This document shows positions 1 through 16,936 of a stretch of 64,000 bases of DNA, piece by piece. The stretch is from Eledone cirrhosa (lineage: Eukaryota): contig OZ024740.1 of NCBI GenBank assembly GCA_964016885.1, positions 241,676,001 through 241,740,000 of the forward strand. Direction: 5' to 3'. The translations under genes were made by a program, and so were the position numbers. How positions within the stretch are numbered: position 1 is the stretch's first letter; every line of letters begins with the position of its first letter. The notes under the pieces are model-generated. The model worked only from the letters and a program-made list of their open reading frames with translations, searched no databases and was not told the DNA's origin.

Positions 1-265
1 AACGTACGTAACGAACGCGCAAACACACACATACACAAACATGTAGAACATGTGACATCGTCGTCGTGGTGTTATAAAATGTTCGTTTATTATAGTTGAC
101 TATAGCAGTTTATTTTAAATAAAATGTTATAATGTTTTAATCCAAAGGAAAATAAAAATGACATATTGTTAATCCTGGGGTTTAATATTATAACCTTGTA
201 AAATTTGATTTGGTCGAGCCATTTGAGAATGCATAAGGAAAATACAGATAGACAGAGAGACAAAG

Positions 266-362
<97 letters not shown>

Positions 363-670
363 TGTGTGTGTGTGTGTGTGCGTGCGTTTGTGTGTGTGAA
401 GGGAAATTTGATCTCATTACTACAAGTTAACAAATTATCCTTCTTCAACATTGCAGTAATTCTATCAGTGATTTTAACACTCTTTACTGAGAGGTTTAAG
501 TCTTTAGGCAGAAGTGACGAAACCTTGACAAAATGTATTTATCATATGATTAGGTCGACACTGTCAACGCTCTCAGCTGAAAATTCCTTGTGTGACAAGG
601 AACTTGTCTGGAATAAGTATGAAATGCACAACTAAATAAATGGAAACGCGAATGTAATGTATATAAATTA

Positions 671-877
<207 letters not shown>

Positions 878-1558
878 TTACATGTATACGAATATGTGCA
901 GCAAATGGGTGTGTGACTGATTGTCTCGGGACATGGCGCTTAGCCCAATGTTGGGTGCGTGGTGGGAAGAAAGTGGAATTACGAGGAAGTAGGCAGGGTG
1001 TTGATATAAAACAGGCAGCATATCTCACCTACAACAGACCCAAAAGCAGCAACAACAAAAAAGGTGTGAGAGTAGGGGCTTGAAGGACCTTTGAAATGTT
1101 TTTTTAACTTCTCAAAAATGATACTTCAAGTTTTGAAATAAAATTTGTTCATTAATTTAAATATTTTTCAAGTGACAGTAAATAACGCTACAATCTACAA
1201 TCGGAATAACGTTTAAGACATTTGTATCAATTTGAAATAAATGTTTCTTTATCTTTTTCTCAACAACGATACTTCCAGATTATCCGACTGTTTTGGCTCC
1301 TTCCTGTCACATGGCATTACAGTTGTCGAAATATATATAACAGCAATAGTATAACGAGTAAATTAAGGAAATTCTAACCTATTGACATATACTTCATTAT
1401 ATATAGGTAGGGGTGGGGGTGAAAAGTAAACTGAAAAATGACAACGAGCAATGAGGTACAATGAAGATATATATTAGTTTCACGCTTATTATAGTAAGAA
1501 AAGTCTTAACGTTTCGGACGCCAGTCCTTCGCCAGAAAAAAAATGTGTGTGTGGTGTT

Positions 1559-1590
<32 letters not shown>

Positions 1591-1654
1591 TGTATGTATG
1601 TATGTATGTATGCATGCATGTATGTATGTATGTGTGTGCATATGTATGTATGTA

Positions 1655-2100
1655 AGCTCCGATTAAAAGATTGTGTAAAGGATTCATTTGAAAAAATTGG
1701 TTTGATGGTGGCTGACTGGGACATAGAAGCTCTTGAAAGAGAAACTAGGCGTGGAATGGTTAATAATGGGGTCCATAATAAGTAATGCCCTGGTGTATCC
1801 CTCGAAACGATCGGTGTCCCCATTGAATTGGTGTGCCCTGAGTGTGGAAAGATTTGCTTAAGCAAATCTGGTCTCTGGAGCCATAGTCGCAGCCATGTTC
1901 AGAGAGAACCAGTGAACTATGTTCTCCGCGGTATTGTGAAGGTTCACAGGCAACCGCATGCAAGACCTGAGGCCAGGGAGATCCATCGTGTTATCATTGT
2001 GCAAAGGAATGCAAGTCTCAAGCAGGCTTGAAAAGCCATATCCAAGCGTCACACATCTGAATCTGACAAGCAATTGCAATATTCTTAGTAGAGTTGTCAG
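1655..2100 (+). mobile_element. RTE-clade LINE 3' fragment (degenerate)
   Basis: KLRLKDCVKDS...WDIEALERETRR and CPECGKICLSKSGLWSH, typical of RTE ORF C-termini; related copy at 20498-20835. Confidence 0.65.
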
Positions 2101-2107
2101 CTATCAC

Positions 2108-2717
2108 GTATGTATGTCAGGTCCCCAGTTGGTGCTACTGGTAACATGTATCCATGTACAAGCTGTCTCATGGTCGGGTCGTTGGCGACTAAACTGGCAA
2201 CCCACCAAGGTTTCTTGGTGAGAAGGGTGACTTTGGACATCCTGCATGACTAAAAACAAAACCTGTCAAAGGGCAAAGGAGCTCTTAAGAGTCAATGGCC
2301 GTCCACAATCAGCGGGAGAGATGACCCCTTAGCCTTTGTCAAGGCAGAATTCTAGAAGGAAAACTCTGATATAACACCTGCAACCCTGATGGAATCCAAT
2401 GATGTTGACTTGTTCTTTTTGGTAAATATCATCTTGGTTAAGAGAGTGGGACTGGCTTTGTGCAGTGCCTTTGCTCACTATAAAAGCTTCACGGCACAGG
2501 CATTGCTTTATATCTGGAGATCTCTCTGGACTTGTCGTCACATGGTACCATGGGCCCAGCACTATGTGTCAATAATTGTCACAAGTGTAGTGTTTGTACC
2601 AGAGTTTTCAAGTCGCTGGCTGGACTAAGAAGTCACACTCGTTCAGCGCATCAGTAGGGGTTCTCCTACATGGATATAAAGTAGTGGCCGTACTCGAAAA
2701 CGAGTTGGCAGCCACCA
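2108..2717 (+). mobile_element. Non-autonomous repeat, probably RTE-related, bounded by (ATGT)n
   Basis: Parts recur at 20855-21042, inverted at 39750-39968, and diverged/inverted at 37095-37550; orientation uncertain. Confidence 0.55.
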
Positions 2718-2924
2718 TGTATGTATGTATGTATGTATGTATGTATGTATGTATGTATGTATGTATGTATGTATGTATGTATGTATGTATGTATGCATGT
2801 ATGTATGTACGTATGTGAGTGTGTTTATGTTTGTGCTTATGCACCTTTTCATTTCAAACACATTTTGGTCATCATTTGGCGGTACGTAGTATATTCTGTA
2901 TGAAAGTTGTGTTCATATATAATT

Positions 2925-3060
2925 GCTTTTACTTTTGGCACAAGGCCAGCAATTACCCAGTGCTTTACTGGTACTTTATTTTATCGACCCCGTAAGGATG
3001 AAAGGCAAAGTTAACCTCGGCGGGATTTGAACTCAGAATAGCAAGCCGTAACTCTATGCG
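2925..3060 (-). mobile_element. tRNA-headed SINE, 5'-truncated
   Basis: Core GCCGAGGTTAACTTTGCCTTTCATCCTTACGGGGTCGATAAAATAAAGTACC shared with more than 10 copies in the window. Confidence 0.8.
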
Positions 3061-3324
3061 TTGATATACTCTCGTCCAGTCTGGCCGTCCAGTGACTCCG
3101 AATGAGAGCTTACACAGCACTTGATGTCCCGCTAGGCCTATAGCAGCAGGGAAACCGGTTTTAATAGCGATTATGATGGTCATGGTGTATGTATGTATGT
3201 ATGTATGTATGTATGTATGTATGTATGTATGTATGTATGTATGCATGTATGCATGTATGTATGTATGTATGTATGTATGTATGTATGTATGTATGTATGC
3301 ATGTATGTATGTATGCATGTATGT

Positions 3325-6300
3325 TCTTTTGGTTTTATAATTTCACAAAGTTTTACCGGTTTCTAACATAGACACAAGACTCTCTCATTGGAATTTACAC
3401 AACATCAACTAGGTAGATAGGTATGTACGCATGCATGTGTATATATGGATGTGATTGTATGTGTGGATGTCTGTTTTGACTTGTATGTGTGCATGTGTAT
3501 ATGCTTTACATCTGTACATGTGTATATGCAGTTATTAGATGCAATATTTTTGGAATGTTTTACATATTTTTACTGTTCCATTAATGGATTGTACTTGTAA
3601 TTTCCTAACTAGTTGTGTTCTTTCTGTTCCTGTGAAGCCTAGCTTTTCGACATTTGTATTGAGGCAGTTACTAACATACCCTAGTGCCCCAATAATCACA
3701 GACATAAATCTAAAGGTGTAATCAGGGTGGAGTATCTGCAGATTTCTCATCAGTTCTGCATAAATATTCTCCTTTTCACTAATCTTTGATATTATATTGC
3801 CATCTGCTGGGCAGCTAATTTCCACTACTGTGCATGCTTTCTTCTCCCTGTCCCATATCATAATATCAAGTCTGTTATGCCTGCATTTTATTGGGGTTTT
3901 TACTGGAACATACCGCCAGTACTCTTTCATATTATGTACATTGATGTCTTCCACATTGCTGTAGCTTTTAATGTGTTTATTATCGGGGCTATCCTTTTCA
4001 CGAACTGCATTGTACAGTGTTTTGGCCACTACATCTTGCCTCATAGGTAGATAGTACCGCGATGACATCTTTGGACAGCTGCTGATGACATGGGTGATAT
4101 CCTCGATGTTAGTTCTGCAGAGTTTGCACTTGTTATCACATCTAGGCGTTTTGCCTGCATCCCTATCTCTTTTGTGAATCAGGTATTTCGTGTTAATCTC
4201 CTGTTCTTGGATTGCAAAAGCGTATCCTTCAAAGTGGGAGACAATATAGCGGTTGTTGGTCCAAGATAGACTACTTTCCTTATCTATATTATTCTCACCT
4301 GGAGCTTCCTGGCAACATTTCCATGCATGATTTTTTGCTGATAAGTATGCAGTTTTCCATCCATGGATTCCTTGCGATACTGCTAAGCGACTTCCATGGG
4401 TGTGAGTTTTTGATTATCACACAGGGAATATCCCTCGAGGAGTTCATTCCCAACTCTCATGATCTTATCTGTTTCATGCAGATAGACTTGCTCGAGAAAC
4501 GGGCTCCTACGCTTCGAGGTTCGTAGATGTTGTCGGAGAGATATGATGCGACATTCAAATGTTGTCTGGACTGATGTTAGGCCTCTGCCTCGCTGGTTAC
4601 ATTTCAAGTAAAGGCGGTCTATGTCACTGTTGATGTAGAAGTTTCCGGTGTTGTTTAGTATTTTTCGAGTTCCAACATCAACTGGTCGGATTTCGTCTAT
4701 CGTCCAATTGAGTATTCCAAACGTTGGTGTTAGGACAGGCACAGCAAACACATTGTGAGCCACTGTTTTGAGTTCCGATCTTTCTTAATCGGGTGTAGTA
4801 TTCCCTGGTTACGCGTTCTTTATTACAGATACCATTATAGGATATGTTCTCATCTATCCCCAGGTATCTTTAGCAGTCCTCATCAGATATCGGTGAAACA
4901 GTTAGGCCATTGATGACAATGTCGCTAGATTGGGTTGTTGTTTTTCCCCGCTTTACAGTCATGTATGAGCATTTATCTTGGCCAAACTCCATTCCTATAT
5001 CCTTTGAGAACGTTGTAACCAGATCAAGATTTTTCTTCATCCCATCCATGTTCTTGGCATAGAGTTTCAGATCGTCTACAAAGAAGTTATGGGTTAGGTT
5101 CGAATTTGTGTCCTCCTGTGAACCAATTATGTATCCCTCACATTTCTTGAGCAGAAAAGGATAAGGGGTTTAATGACAAGATGAATAATATCACAGAGAG
5201 ACTGTAGCCCTGAAATATACCCCTGCGATATTTTATTTTATCAGTGAAAATAGAGTCCTCCCTCTCTGTCTTTAACCTTAGGATAGTAGCCCAAGAAGAA
5301 GATAGCCTCTCTATGGCTCTGACAATAATGTCTGGGAATTTAGCAAGTTGGAGGGCCTCTATCATCCGAGAGTGGGGAACAGAATCGAAAGCTTTCTTGT
5401 AGCCATATTCCTCTTAAGTTGTCGCACCTCCGACATCGCAGTTTTGTTGATTAGTTGTTCAGCACATCTCCAAACCCCTTTCTTTCCAGCTGCTTGTTCA
5501 TCTGTGATGATGTTATTATTTTCACAGTGATCTTGGAGGAATAGATTCAGGCAGGCTGTATACATCTTATACATCAGGTTCTGGCATGCAATGGGTCGGT
5601 AGTTTTTTGCCAAGTGGGTGTCTTTGTTCTTGGGGACCAGTAATGTTTGTGCTAATGTCAACCATTCTGGTATAAGTGTATCTCCCTTAAGAACTTGTTG
5701 GAAGATGTCGGTAAGATACCTCCGATAGAATATCAGTTTTTTGTACCAGTAGCCGACAATCATGTCTCTTCCTGGTGTTTTCTTATCTTGGAGTTTTCCT
5801 ATCACAGTCTCAAGGGTACCCTCACTTATTTCGTATGTTTTTGTTGTAGTGAAGGAGCCATAGTTCTTTCGGATTTCTCTTAGCCACACTGCATCTTGGT
5901 TAAAATTCTTCTTTTCACCCCATATTTTGTGACACTTATTATTTTGCCCTTCATATATCTATAGACTGATGTTTGGTTTCGTCTGAATCTTTTATTAAGC
6001 ACTTTTCTTTCAGGTATCGGCGTTTTTCGCTAACATCTCTTTCAGGTATCGGCGTTTTTCGCTAACATCTCTCAATTCTTGTTTGAGGGTGATCCGCTTA
6101 TATTGGAGAGCTCTGATTCTACTGTTTCCAAACATCGTCTCTATTTTATTTTTCACTCTTTGTTGGTGAGGAATGAAGTCTTTTCGTAGGTCAGCAATCT
6201 TTTTTTCTATATTAGTTATATATGATGGTATTTTTGGTGATGTTGTGTTCTTGTTAATATCTCTGCTATCACCAAGATAATGCTTCACTGTCGTCGCTAA

Positions 6301-6358
6301 GGCATATAAACAGGCGTTGATTTGCCAAAATGTTGGGGTTTTTATCCGTCGTACAAAA
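3325..6358 (-). mobile_element. RLE-type non-LTR retrotransposon (R4/Dong-like), 5'-truncated, frameshifted; family A copy 1
   Basis: RT motifs (KNYRPIAC, RRGIFQG, FFVDDLKLY), CCHC finger, RLE motif (HNRLDIMIWD...VVEISCP); flanked on both sides by (TGTA)n. Confidence 0.9.
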
Positions 6359-7366
6359 TCTATGTATGTATGTATGTATATATGTATGTATGTATGTGCT
6401 AAACAATGTATCATTGCAATGATTTTCATCGCAGTAGATTTAGAAACGAAATACTTCTATAATATATTTTTATGTGAATTACATTTAAAAAAAAAGACGC
6501 ATGAGCTAATCCCAGATATTTCAATACGTCCAATATTATTTTGGTTATCTCAGAAAAACAGTAAATACTATACCCAAGGGAATGATTTCAGCATAGAAGA
6601 GGAGGTGATTATATAACGCACTAGAATGGAAATGCAAGATGATTTTAGTTGAATAAGTTACGGTGATTAAGTAATCAATTTTTCTTAATTACATTACTTA
6701 ACTAAGGGAAACTAACATGTATAGAATCAAGAAACATCAAAATAGAATTAGAAAAAGAATTGTTGGGGATTTTCAATGTTGGGGGATGGATTTACAGAAT
6801 CAATATAGTGTCGGAGAAAATGCTCGAAGTATTTAGTTACAGCTTTTTAGGTGCTGAGTTCAAATCTCGCCGAGGTCAGTTGTACCTTTCATCCTTCTGG
6901 AATCGATAAAATAAAATACCCGTAAAGTAATGGAGTAGAATTGTATTTTTAATCTTAGACGTGTAAATGAAAATTAAACGCACAGTTCACACCTGTGTAC
7001 GTTTACCTGGTCTCTTATGAAGTTACATTTCACGGAAAGTCTTCAGGATTTTAATGATCACCAGGGAAAGCAATGTGAAATAAAGTATCTTCCTCCAAAA
7101 CACAATGCAGAGTGCCGGTAAAGGAATCGAGCACATGTCCCTACGCTCGTGAGTCCAGCGTCCTTATTACTACACCACATACCTACACACGATAGATTGG
7201 AATTATAATAGAAAAGAAAGAAAAACCAATTGTATACTAAAGTAATCGTACCAAGGCAAATGTATTGTTAGATGATATTGGAGATCTATGTGTATTTCCA
7301 TCTTGCTACAGTTGTGTTTTTTTTTTTGAGCAGTTAAAGGTAAACGATTGACATATAAAACCTTAC

Positions 7367-7474
7367 CTGTTGATTGAAGCACATTCATGATTTCCTCGTA
7401 GAAGAAAGAAATTCTGTGGGTATTTCACTTTATAGGCTAGTACGAGACAAATGGTTTCTAAGGAATGACATCCT
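7367..7474 (-). CDS. PP1-like phosphatase coding exon 3 ([37 protein letters not shown])
   Basis: Translated by hand; LRGNHE motif; acceptor tttcag|A, donor AG|gtaagg; 108 nt, phases fit both neighbours. Confidence 0.97.
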
Positions 7475-7636
7475 CTGAAACAGAACATATATTATCAGTA
7501 TAAAATGGTAGATCATTTTAAGAGCTGGTAAGATCTGGAAAGTATCAGTGGAAAAGTTATCGAAATAGGACTGCTTCACAGAAACAGGGTTATCATTTTC
7601 TTATTTTATTGGTTTTTTTTTTGTATTTTTGCGGAG

Positions 7637-10488
<2,852 letters not shown>

Positions 10489-10508
10489 TGTATATATATA
10501 TATATATA

Positions 10509-10701
10509 TAACGAAGGAGGTGTGGTAAGGAACCAGATGGACCATAACGCACCAGAGTACTCAATACTTAGGGTAGTAGAGTGGGTAACAGGAAAATGTT
10601 TAACCCCGACGGCATAGCTTAAGCCGTTTCGACGGCTATTTATGGACTGAAATAGCCGTTGAAACGGCTTGAGCTCTGCCGTCGGGGTTAAACATTTTCC
10701 T
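10509..10701 (-). repeat. (TA)n-flanked fold-back module, family P (half hammerhead), copy 1
   Basis: Palindrome 10590-10701; same leader sequence as 30266, 57198 and 19230. Confidence 0.85.
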
Positions 10702-10949
10702 ATATATATATATATATATATATATTGGTAAACGGAATAGAAAATGCTGACAAATTGTTCACAGTTGTAAAATGGTTTAATTAGGAATAAAAGAGTATTA
10801 GTGATTGTATGGGTTAGTATTCAGTTGTGGTTTTAAGTTTTTAAGTTTTCACCGGTTGCGCATTTCTAAATGCTTTTCAAAAATAATTTTGAGATAGAGT
10901 GTCCGTGCTGTTTGCTCTGATCTGTATATATATATATATATATATATAT

Positions 10950-11265
10950 CATAATCATCCGGCGGCCTCAGCCGAAATCGATTCAACAATTGATCTCCAC
11001 GTGGATCATTCGTTCATTGCCGTTGCCAAGTCCTTGATCTCAATGCCAGAATCTCTGGAGTTGACATCGGGATAGGAGAGCTTGCGCCCCCTGTTATTGG
11101 TGACTGCTTGTGTTTTCCAAAGCACTAATGGGGACACAGCCTCATAGGAGGCACGATGGCAGTGGCCAACAAATCTTACTGTCCTTTTACGTACAACGAT
11201 AGATATGCGTGGGAGGCCGGCATATATCTTTCTCACAGTCAGATGTGGCCAGCTTATGTTCTGAA
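10950..11265 (-). mobile_element. RTE-type LINE 3' fragment
   Basis: RKRTVRFVGHCHR...LVLWK...RGRKLSYPD...DLATAM C-terminal motif. Confidence 0.7.
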
Positions 11266-11280
11266 TATATATACATATTT

Positions 11281-11321
<41 letters not shown>

Positions 11322-13060
11322 CATAACATATATGTGTGTGTGTGTGCATAAACGTGTGCATGTGAGTACGTGCGCGCGTACACCTGCGTGTGTGTGTTTG
11401 CTTCTGTCAATCCTTTGATACCTGAAGTGGTGCGAGGTCCATACAGACGGAATTGAATGTGTATTCTGAGAAGAGAACCTATTTGAAAACAATATTCTTG
11501 TAATCTCTTCTAAAATTAGAGTTGTTATCTATTATATTTTTTTTACATCAAGAAATAAATCATTTTGTCTGTTGAACCAAATCAAAGACATTACATATCC
11601 ATAATATTCTACTAAGGAATAGATACTTGCGAAAGGTTTATTCTCATATAAAAGAAAAGTTCTTAAGACTTATTTTCTTATAAGAGAAAAGTGCGCATGA
11701 GGGGACTAGAACCTAGTCACAGTGAAACATGCACAGTAACTTCCCCAATGAGCGGTGGATTCTAAAGATAATTATTCACCAGTGAAGTATCACACGGATG
11801 ATATATAATAGAAATGTTTTATCTATAATAGAATGTTCTGATTTTGTTATACATTCAATTATACAGTCAATTGTTGTGTGTATAATAAATTATATATCTG
11901 ATTTCGTACTACAGTTAAAGTGTTAAAAGTGTAGAACGTAGCAGAAAATTATCATAGGTTACAAAAAGAGTTATCACATAAATTGCGAAGATGGTGGAGT
12001 TGATAGGATGTTTACATTAGTATTTCATCACCTGGAATGTAATGTGTCCATACTCATTTGCCAACCAGCGCTAGAAGATATGTAGTTCTAAGATGGATAA
12101 TGCGTGTTGGACCTTCGTCGGTTCCGACGACGAGTGTCCCAGTTATTCAAACAAAGTAGCGGACGACTTGTGAAATTAATGTGCAAGTGGCTGAGCATTC
12201 TACAGACACATGCATTCTTAACATATTTTTCATGGGATTCAACGTGACCAGTATATGAAATGGGTAGTCCTTCTCATTTTTGCCAGCTGATTAAACTAGA
12301 GCAAAATGAAATGAAATGCCATGCTCAAACACTCAAGTTTCTGCCTGGAGTTGTACTCCCGATCACACGTCGGACACCATAGCCTATAAACTACGTATCT
12401 TAACACATGTGTCTATAAAAACCGATGAGTGTTTTCTCAGAATACAATGCTTACAGGTACAATGTTCAATTCTTTCCATGTGAGACTGGATATAATCACA
12501 AGATCATAAAGGACTGAACGTACAGACTCTACAATGTATTCATACCAAATATCAACAAAGATGATACATCCCGTAGCATTAGACGTTTCCTCTTCGCAGT
12601 AAGATAATTTATTTCGCTTTGGAATTGTTTGCTACAATCATTATAATTTTTGTTGCAGTTTTCATTCTTTTTAGGACATTCGCAACCATTTCTAGAATTC
12701 TGTTTTTAGATCAACGTAAGGTTTAGAGATCAGTAATTCGTTGGTTTTTATACCCAAATCACGGTATTCTTTTGTCTAGGTTTAATTAAATTCAAACCAC
12801 AGCCCTAACTTTACTTGAGAATGTTATCTTTTTATATTTTCCGTATGTGTTTGATTTCTTATATGATTAACACACATCTCCCTTTAAAAAAACGTGCAAT
12901 AGTTATATGAGATATAACCACAAAGGTCTGAAAGAAAACAGAACTTGGTGGTTATATATAAAAGAATATTCGATAGTGAAGTTATAGATCAGAAAAGTAA
13001 TGTTATTTAAAACCAAATATAAGATGGGTAATAATCGTATTAAATGTTTTAGATACTCAC

Positions 13061-13266
13061 CGATCAACGTAATCTCCCAGAAAGATATAGTTTGCTTTAG
13101 GAGGGTAACCACAGTTGTCGAAATGCCGTAGAAGATCTTCGTACTGTCCGTGAATATCTCCAATAACATTGACTGGAGCTCCAAGTTCCAGTAACATAGG
13201 TTGCTCCAAGAAAATAGCTCTTGAGGCCATGCATAGCTGTCGGATTTGGTGCTCTGGTAATTGGAC
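13061..13266 (-). CDS. PP1-like phosphatase coding exon 2 ([12 protein letters not shown]...[11 protein letters not shown]...[10 protein letters not shown])
   Basis: PPP motifs GDIHG and GDYVDR; acceptor tttccag|GTC, donor CG|gtgagt (phase 2); 206 nt. Confidence 0.97.
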
Positions 13267-13379
13267 CTGGAAATAGAAATACAATAATAAATACCGACTG
13301 GTACCTCAAATATTAGTTTGGAATAAATACAATAAAAGAAATTAATGTGAACGATTAAATGAGAGCATAAGAATCTCAA

Positions 13380-13590
13380 CTTTAGATACAAGGCACGTAA
13401 TTTTGGTGGAGGGAAAAGTTGATTGAAATGACCCGAGTACTTGACTAGTACTTTATTTTATCAACCTCGAAAGGATGAAAGGTAAAGTCTTCCTTGGTGC
13501 TATTTGAGCTGAAAGCATAGAGAGCCGGAACAAATGCTGTAAAGCATTTTGTTCGACGTTCTAACGATTCTTCCAATCTACCAACGTATT
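13380..13590 (-). mobile_element. tRNA-headed SINE (diverged)
   Basis: Diverged SINE core and 3' end next to the exon 2 acceptor. Confidence 0.6.
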
Positions 13591-15194
13591 AAATGAGAAC
13601 ATAAGAAAGAATATGTGAGTGTCACTTGAATTGTAGCATTCTTACTAACAACACAAGTATACAGTAAGGACTAAGAGAGTCTCGACATCTAAACGAAATG
13701 TCAGTGATTTGAATCTGATTATCCCCAGCTCTCAGAGCTAACCTGCGTTTATGGAAAGTCGCTAAACTCACATTAACGTGAAAAGTGGCAGTATTCACCG
13801 CTTAAAGCAGCGACTATATTCTAAGGGAACCTTTACATGGTTATTCTATCTACTAGAAATGGAAAACAAATCACCTTTTATACTGTCTTGAATAAGTAAC
13901 GACATATTAGATTGTATGGTCTTATATATATTCTATGTTTGGAAGAGAAGTAGGATCGTCATATTTAGAATGTAATTGAGTATCAGGGTTGACTTGGAGC
14001 TACACAACAAAAAAACTATCAGGAAAAATAGCAAAAGAGTTCATGGGATTGAAGCAGAAATCAATTTCTATCTCAAGTCCATTAAACTGCGATGTTTAAG
14101 AGATTTAACTCACATCCACTTAAGTAGAAGTAAACAACGGTAGTAAAGTGTATTTTTATACACATACATACACAGATACACACACATAGACATACACACA
14201 CATACACACACATACACACACAGACACACACGGACACACACGCATAAACATACACATACATATATATTCAGTTTCATATCTATTACCGGTGCCCTGACGA
14301 GTTCAGCTCACCCTGTCCTGCAGATTCACTGTGACGTTTTCCATATTCAGTTAATACAAACCTCCGTCACTTTATGATGTCAGAAATGCGCGGATATGGA
14401 CGTTAGAGCTATTCATTTGCTTCATGTGCTTTCCAGAATTGGCCTGCAACCAGTGGCGGACTGGGTCTAAACAAATTGGTTGTCGGGAGATAAAGGGGAC
14501 CCACCCACATACAGAATGCTATCAATTAATTTTTATAATGAATAAATAACATTTTCAAAAAGTACAAAAGTGAAAACAAAACATTACAGTCAAAGTTTTG
14601 CAGAAAACAATGTATATTTATTTGACTAATTATAGTGTACATATTACTGGCAGTAGACAGAAATACTAAATGTTAATACAGAAGGATATAATTGAATTTT
14701 TAAATAATTGTGAATATATAGTATACTGTTATCTAGAGTAGAGTATGCAAGTGACCTTTCTTACTTTCTCCAATAAAAATATTAAGTACCTTGTGAAATA
14801 TACACTTCCAGAGACTTTCAATAATGACCTTTGGTCTTCCACACTCACTCAATATATATCTGGGAGTGTGTGTATATGTGTGCATGTACATGTATGTATA
14901 TAGATTTATATATATGTATACACACATGTTTTCAACTTGTACAAAAATTATTTGGCGACTCATTTTCCCTAGGGTCTTTAGACAGAACAACTGACGACTA
15001 ATTAATTTTACATGTCTTTAACCCATTGATATAAAAAATTATTTGGCCAACAGTTCGTGTGTATGTGTAAGTATATATATATATATATATATATACAAAT
15101 AATGAATCAAAACATATAAAAAAATGTTTAGAATTTTGTGTTTGTCAATAAGCAAACTCAATAGACTTTATCTAGAGTCATAATAACCAAATAA

Positions 15195-15986
15195 AGAGAT
15201 AGAGAATCAGCCATACATCGCACAAGAAACGCGGTATATTGTATATATACCAAATACATATTCTATAGAAGAATATGTACAAAGGTGGAATCATAAGGGA
15301 AACCTTATAGCGCTATTTATACCGGGAGAGTATGGCTAAAATTGATCCATGTAGTCGATCATCGAAAAAAATCAATCAATATATTCGATCATCGAAGACA
15401 AACTATCGATAATGATTAAACGACATGTGACTCAGGTATTCATCAGAGGTCTAGTCTCACCATTCTAAGAGAAATATAGAATGAGGATGGTAAATAAATC
15501 AATATACCGCTCCAAACCTCTTAACTTGTCTGAGCTCGGTGGCTATAACTACCGTTCCTATTTCTAGCGGAATTATCATCCACATTGTGGATATTTATTT
15601 GCCTTTGGTCTAACGTATTTCACCATGTGTTTCTTAGCATGGTGCACGAGTTGGACTTGGCTGTGGATATTCCCAGGTATATTGATTTATTTACAATCTT
15701 CATTCTATATTTCTCTTAGAATGATGAAACTAGACCTCTGATGAGTACCTGAGTTTCACGTGGTTTAATCATTATCGATAATTTGTCTTCGATGATCGAA
15801 TATATGATTGTTTTTTATGTTTCGTTGATCGATTACATAGATCGATTTTCAGCCATACTCTCCAGGTATAAAATAGCGCTATGTTTCAACTATGATTCTA
15901 CCTGCGTGAATATTCTTCTATAGAATATATATTTGGTATATATACAATATACCGTGTTTCTTGTGCGATATGGCTCTTTCTCTCTC
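15195..15986. repeat. Long imperfect inverted repeat (arms about 15195-15508 and 15677-15986)
   Basis: Arms are reverse complements over about 310 bp with a spacer of about 170 bp; TA tracts nearby. Confidence 0.9.
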
Positions 15987-16036
15987 TGTATATACATACA
16001 TCTCTTTAATTGGTTATGTATATATGTGTGTATATA

Positions 16037-16112
<76 letters not shown>

Positions 16113-16157
16113 CGTAAAATAAGAAAATTATAAAATTAACATACTTACTAAAATATC

Positions 16158-16239
16158 ACTTCCAACTAATTAGTTTCTGGAATGGAATAAATATATTTTC
16201 CGAAGAAGATACTGACAAGCATTCCGTCGTCAGGGAAGT
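16158..16239 (-). ncRNA. Type I hammerhead ribozyme motif (inverted twin of 16639-16720)
   Basis: Same core and stems on the minus strand. Confidence 0.7.
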
Positions 16240-16638
16240 CTATTCTCATCTAAGTATCCAGGCAAAGCGTGGACACTGGAAACTTATTAAAAAATAATTC
16301 AGTGGATAGAAAATAGCAAAGCGTGGACTGAATTCCTAGCCATTGAGAAAATCACTGCCTCTGCGTCGGTGGCAAATTCAAAAAGAATCAATCACGTGAC
16401 ATCGAGGTCAATCAGTGGAAAGTGGTTTGCTAATAAGACAGCGGCCTGCCTGCTACCATAGCAGCAGTCATGGCCAATATTGCTCGACAAATAATTTGGA
16501 GATAATTATAAAGAATTAATATCTAGTAACATATATATACATACAGATGCACCACGCTTTGCTATTTTCTATCCACTGAATTATTTTTTAATAAGTTTCC
16601 AGTGTCCACGCTTTGCCTGGATACTTAGATGAGAATAG

Positions 16639-16720
16639 ACTTCCCTGACGACGGAATGCTTCTTTGTATCTTCTTCGGAAAATATATTTATTCCATTCCA
16701 GAAACTAATTAGTTGGAAGT
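16639..16720 (+). ncRNA. Type I hammerhead ribozyme motif
   Basis: acttcc-CTGACGA-c-ggaatg...cattcc-a-GAAA-ctaattag-TT-ggaagt: 6-bp stem I, 6-bp stem II, palindromic stem III. Confidence 0.7.
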
Positions 16721-16880
16721 GATATTTTAGTAAGTAAGTTAATTTTATAATTTTCTTATTTTACGTCTCTCATATTATTGTTCTGCAACCCCATGCATTG
16801 AAGCACAAAGTTACTAAGACAAAACCTATATATTTGCTAGCATTGATATGTATGTATATATATGTTACTAGATATTAATT

Positions 16881-16936
<56 letters not shown>

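Larger units (their letters stand above)
16105..16774. repeat. Near-perfect inverted repeat (arms about 16105-16326 and 16552-16774)
   Basis: About 220-bp arms with few mismatches; left arm starts at a (TA)n tract. Confidence 0.95.

Noticed and set aside
6009-6072. 32-bp tandem duplication inside the LINE
   Set aside because: Ordinary local duplication in a dead copy
14286-14390. CTGACGA as an HHR core
   Set aside because: No matching stem II, GAAA or stem I found
14451-14510. hAT-like left end CAGTGGCGGACTGGG
   Set aside because: No matching right TIR located
15725-15760. Hammerhead at GAAACTAGACCTCTGATGAG
   Set aside because: Core words are in the wrong order or spacing and there is no UH site
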